Origin: Octopus sinensis
Taxonomy: Eukaryota
Length of the DNA stretch: 64,000 nt
Assembly (NCBI RefSeq): GCF_006345805.1
Contig: NC_042998.1
Span: forward strand, 7,812,001-7,876,000
Direction of reading: 5' to 3'
Shown one piece after another: positions 62,213 through 64,000 of this stretch; the first letter of the stretch is position 1, and each line of letters opens with the position of its first letter. A program made the translations under genes and the position numbers. Under the pieces are notes generated by a model. It was not told where the DNA came from. It worked only from the letters and a program-made list of their open reading frames with translations, and did no database searches.

Positions 62213-62440
62213 TATTTCTTTACTGCCAGAAGGTGCTAAACAAAGAGGGGACAAACAAAGACAGACGAAGGGATTGAGTCGATTATATCGCCCCCAGTGC
62301 GAAACTGTTACTTTATCGACCCCGAAAGGATGAAAGGCAAAGTTGACCACGGCGGAATTTGAACTCAGAATGTAACGACAGACGAAATACTGCTAAGCCT
62401 TTCGTCCGGGGCGCTAACGTGTCTGACAGCTCGCCGCCTT
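62213..62440 (-). mobile_element. SINE family A1 monomer
   Basis: Reverse complement of the A1 consensus. Confidence 0.85.
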
Positions 62441-62978
62441 TAGGGGCTTTTCCATCATCGAATGGCTATGAGGGCCCGACCAATGAAAATAGAAATCATA
62501 ATGGTCCTTAGGAAAAGATGGTTGAGAACAACTGAATTGTATCAAGTCTTACATACTGAGACGCCACAAACCTCATGTGAGGTTTACAATGTTCTATTGC
62601 TCCTATTTCTGGGAAATGTTGCGGATTGTGCGCCCATAAACATCCAGTCTTCTTCCACCAAATTTTCTACTGTTACTACAATAAATACTGTTAATCGATG
62701 CTGGCTGAAGTTTTGCCACTTCCATTTTCGCGTTCCTGTCCCTCTTTTTTCCTGAAGCTTATTGTATCCAGGCTCCCACTCCAATTACTACCCGCTTTCT
62801 TCCCTTCAACGCCGTCGATCCTTGTAACACTCATCCAACTTATGCCTCTGCTACGGCTGTTTAAATACGATGTTTCAAGTAGAGTATTAATGGTACGGTG
62901 AGGACTACGAACGTCATTTAACTATTTCACTCTCTCCAGTTTCCACAACTAATATTAATAATGATAATAATAAATGTA

Positions 62979-63026
<48 letters not shown>

Positions 63027-63078
63027 GTCTCCGATGAAGGGATATAATTAATAAATATCCTAGAAACAGCTGTAAGAC
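63027..63078 (+). ncRNA. Hammerhead-like motif (family 4) within a ~120-bp insert between (TA)n tracts
   Basis: GTCT-CCGATGA-A-GGGATAT/ATATCCT-A-GAA-ACAGCTGT-A-AGAC. Confidence 0.5.
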
Positions 63079-63143
63079 AATCTATCTATAAATGCTCTAA
63101 TATCTACACAGCCTTGGTTTTTTATCTCATTACGCAAAAAATT

Positions 63144-63178
<35 letters not shown>

Positions 63179-63494
63179 CCCAAAACCGGTCCACAGATGT
63201 TGCTTTGTGCTGGAAGTGGGTGCTGAGGTCCCTTGTTCGAAAATATAAGGACACAGATATTGTGTCGCACAGCCAGCTGGAAATGACGTTTCCTGGGACT
63301 AAACAACAGTAACATTCGTCCCGTTCAGGACTGCTACATTATGTTGGCAAATAGTCTTTACTTTAAAGCACTGCTTCTGAATAACTCTCTTTGAGAGATT
63401 TAGAAATAATATATATATATATATTTCCGTGGTGCTTTCTTTCTCTCTCTACCTGTCACACTAGATACATGTGTGTGTGCGTGTGTATTCTTTT

Positions 63495-63834
63495 ATTCTT
63501 TTACTTGTTGGTCATTTAACTGCAGCCATGCCGGGGCACCACCTTGAAGGATTTTAGCCTAGTACTTATTCTATCGGTCTCTATTGTGGGACCGCTAAGT
63601 TATGGGGCCGTAAATGCACCAACACCGGCTGTCAAATGGTGATGGGGGAAAAACAAAAGCACACACACATACGACGAGGTTCTTCCAGTTTCTGTCCATC
63701 AAATCCACTCACAAGGTTTTGGTCGGCCCGAGACTATAGTAGAAAACATTTGTCCAAGGTACCACGTAGTGGAACTGAACCCGGAACCATGTGGTTGAGA
63801 AGCAAGCTTGTTACCACACAGCCACGCCTGCACC
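63495..63834 (-). mobile_element. SINE family B, older copy
   Basis: Diverged match to family B. Confidence 0.8.
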
Positions 63835-63919
63835 TATACATATATACATACATGCATGCATGCATACATACATACGCGCATGTATATATATTCATGTACA
63901 CACACGTTTGCATACACAC

Positions 63920-63971
<52 letters not shown>

Positions 63972-64000
63972 CTTAAGTAAAAAGTAATATACTCAAATTT

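Overview
AT-rich, microsatellite-dense eukaryotic DNA. The SINE families and repeat landscape point to an octopus (cephalopod) genome; this is inferred from recognition, not from a database search. No intact, identifiable host gene is visible, and most long ORFs in the track are microsatellite artefacts. The window is dominated by tRNA-derived SINEs (called A, B, C and D/E here), many with clear TSDs. It also holds relics of CR1-type LINEs, a mariner, a pogo/Tigger transposase, mariner and Merlin-like MITEs and Helitron-like elements. Most notable: (1) at least four unrelated short non-coding element families carry minimal type-I hammerhead ribozymes with palindromic helix-III loops (Penelope-like dimeric type). 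These include a tRNA-headed element folded into a ~500-bp palindrome, and core variants (U4C, a probable G3-C8 swap). (2) An ORF1-only L1/Tx1-like element shares its 3' tail with the dominant SINE. (3) A CR1-like LINE end shares its tail with SINE B. (4) A candidate spliced gene has two in-frame TGA codons. (5) Several long fold-back inverted repeats are present. Ribozyme folds and alignments were done by eye and need computational and experimental confirmation.
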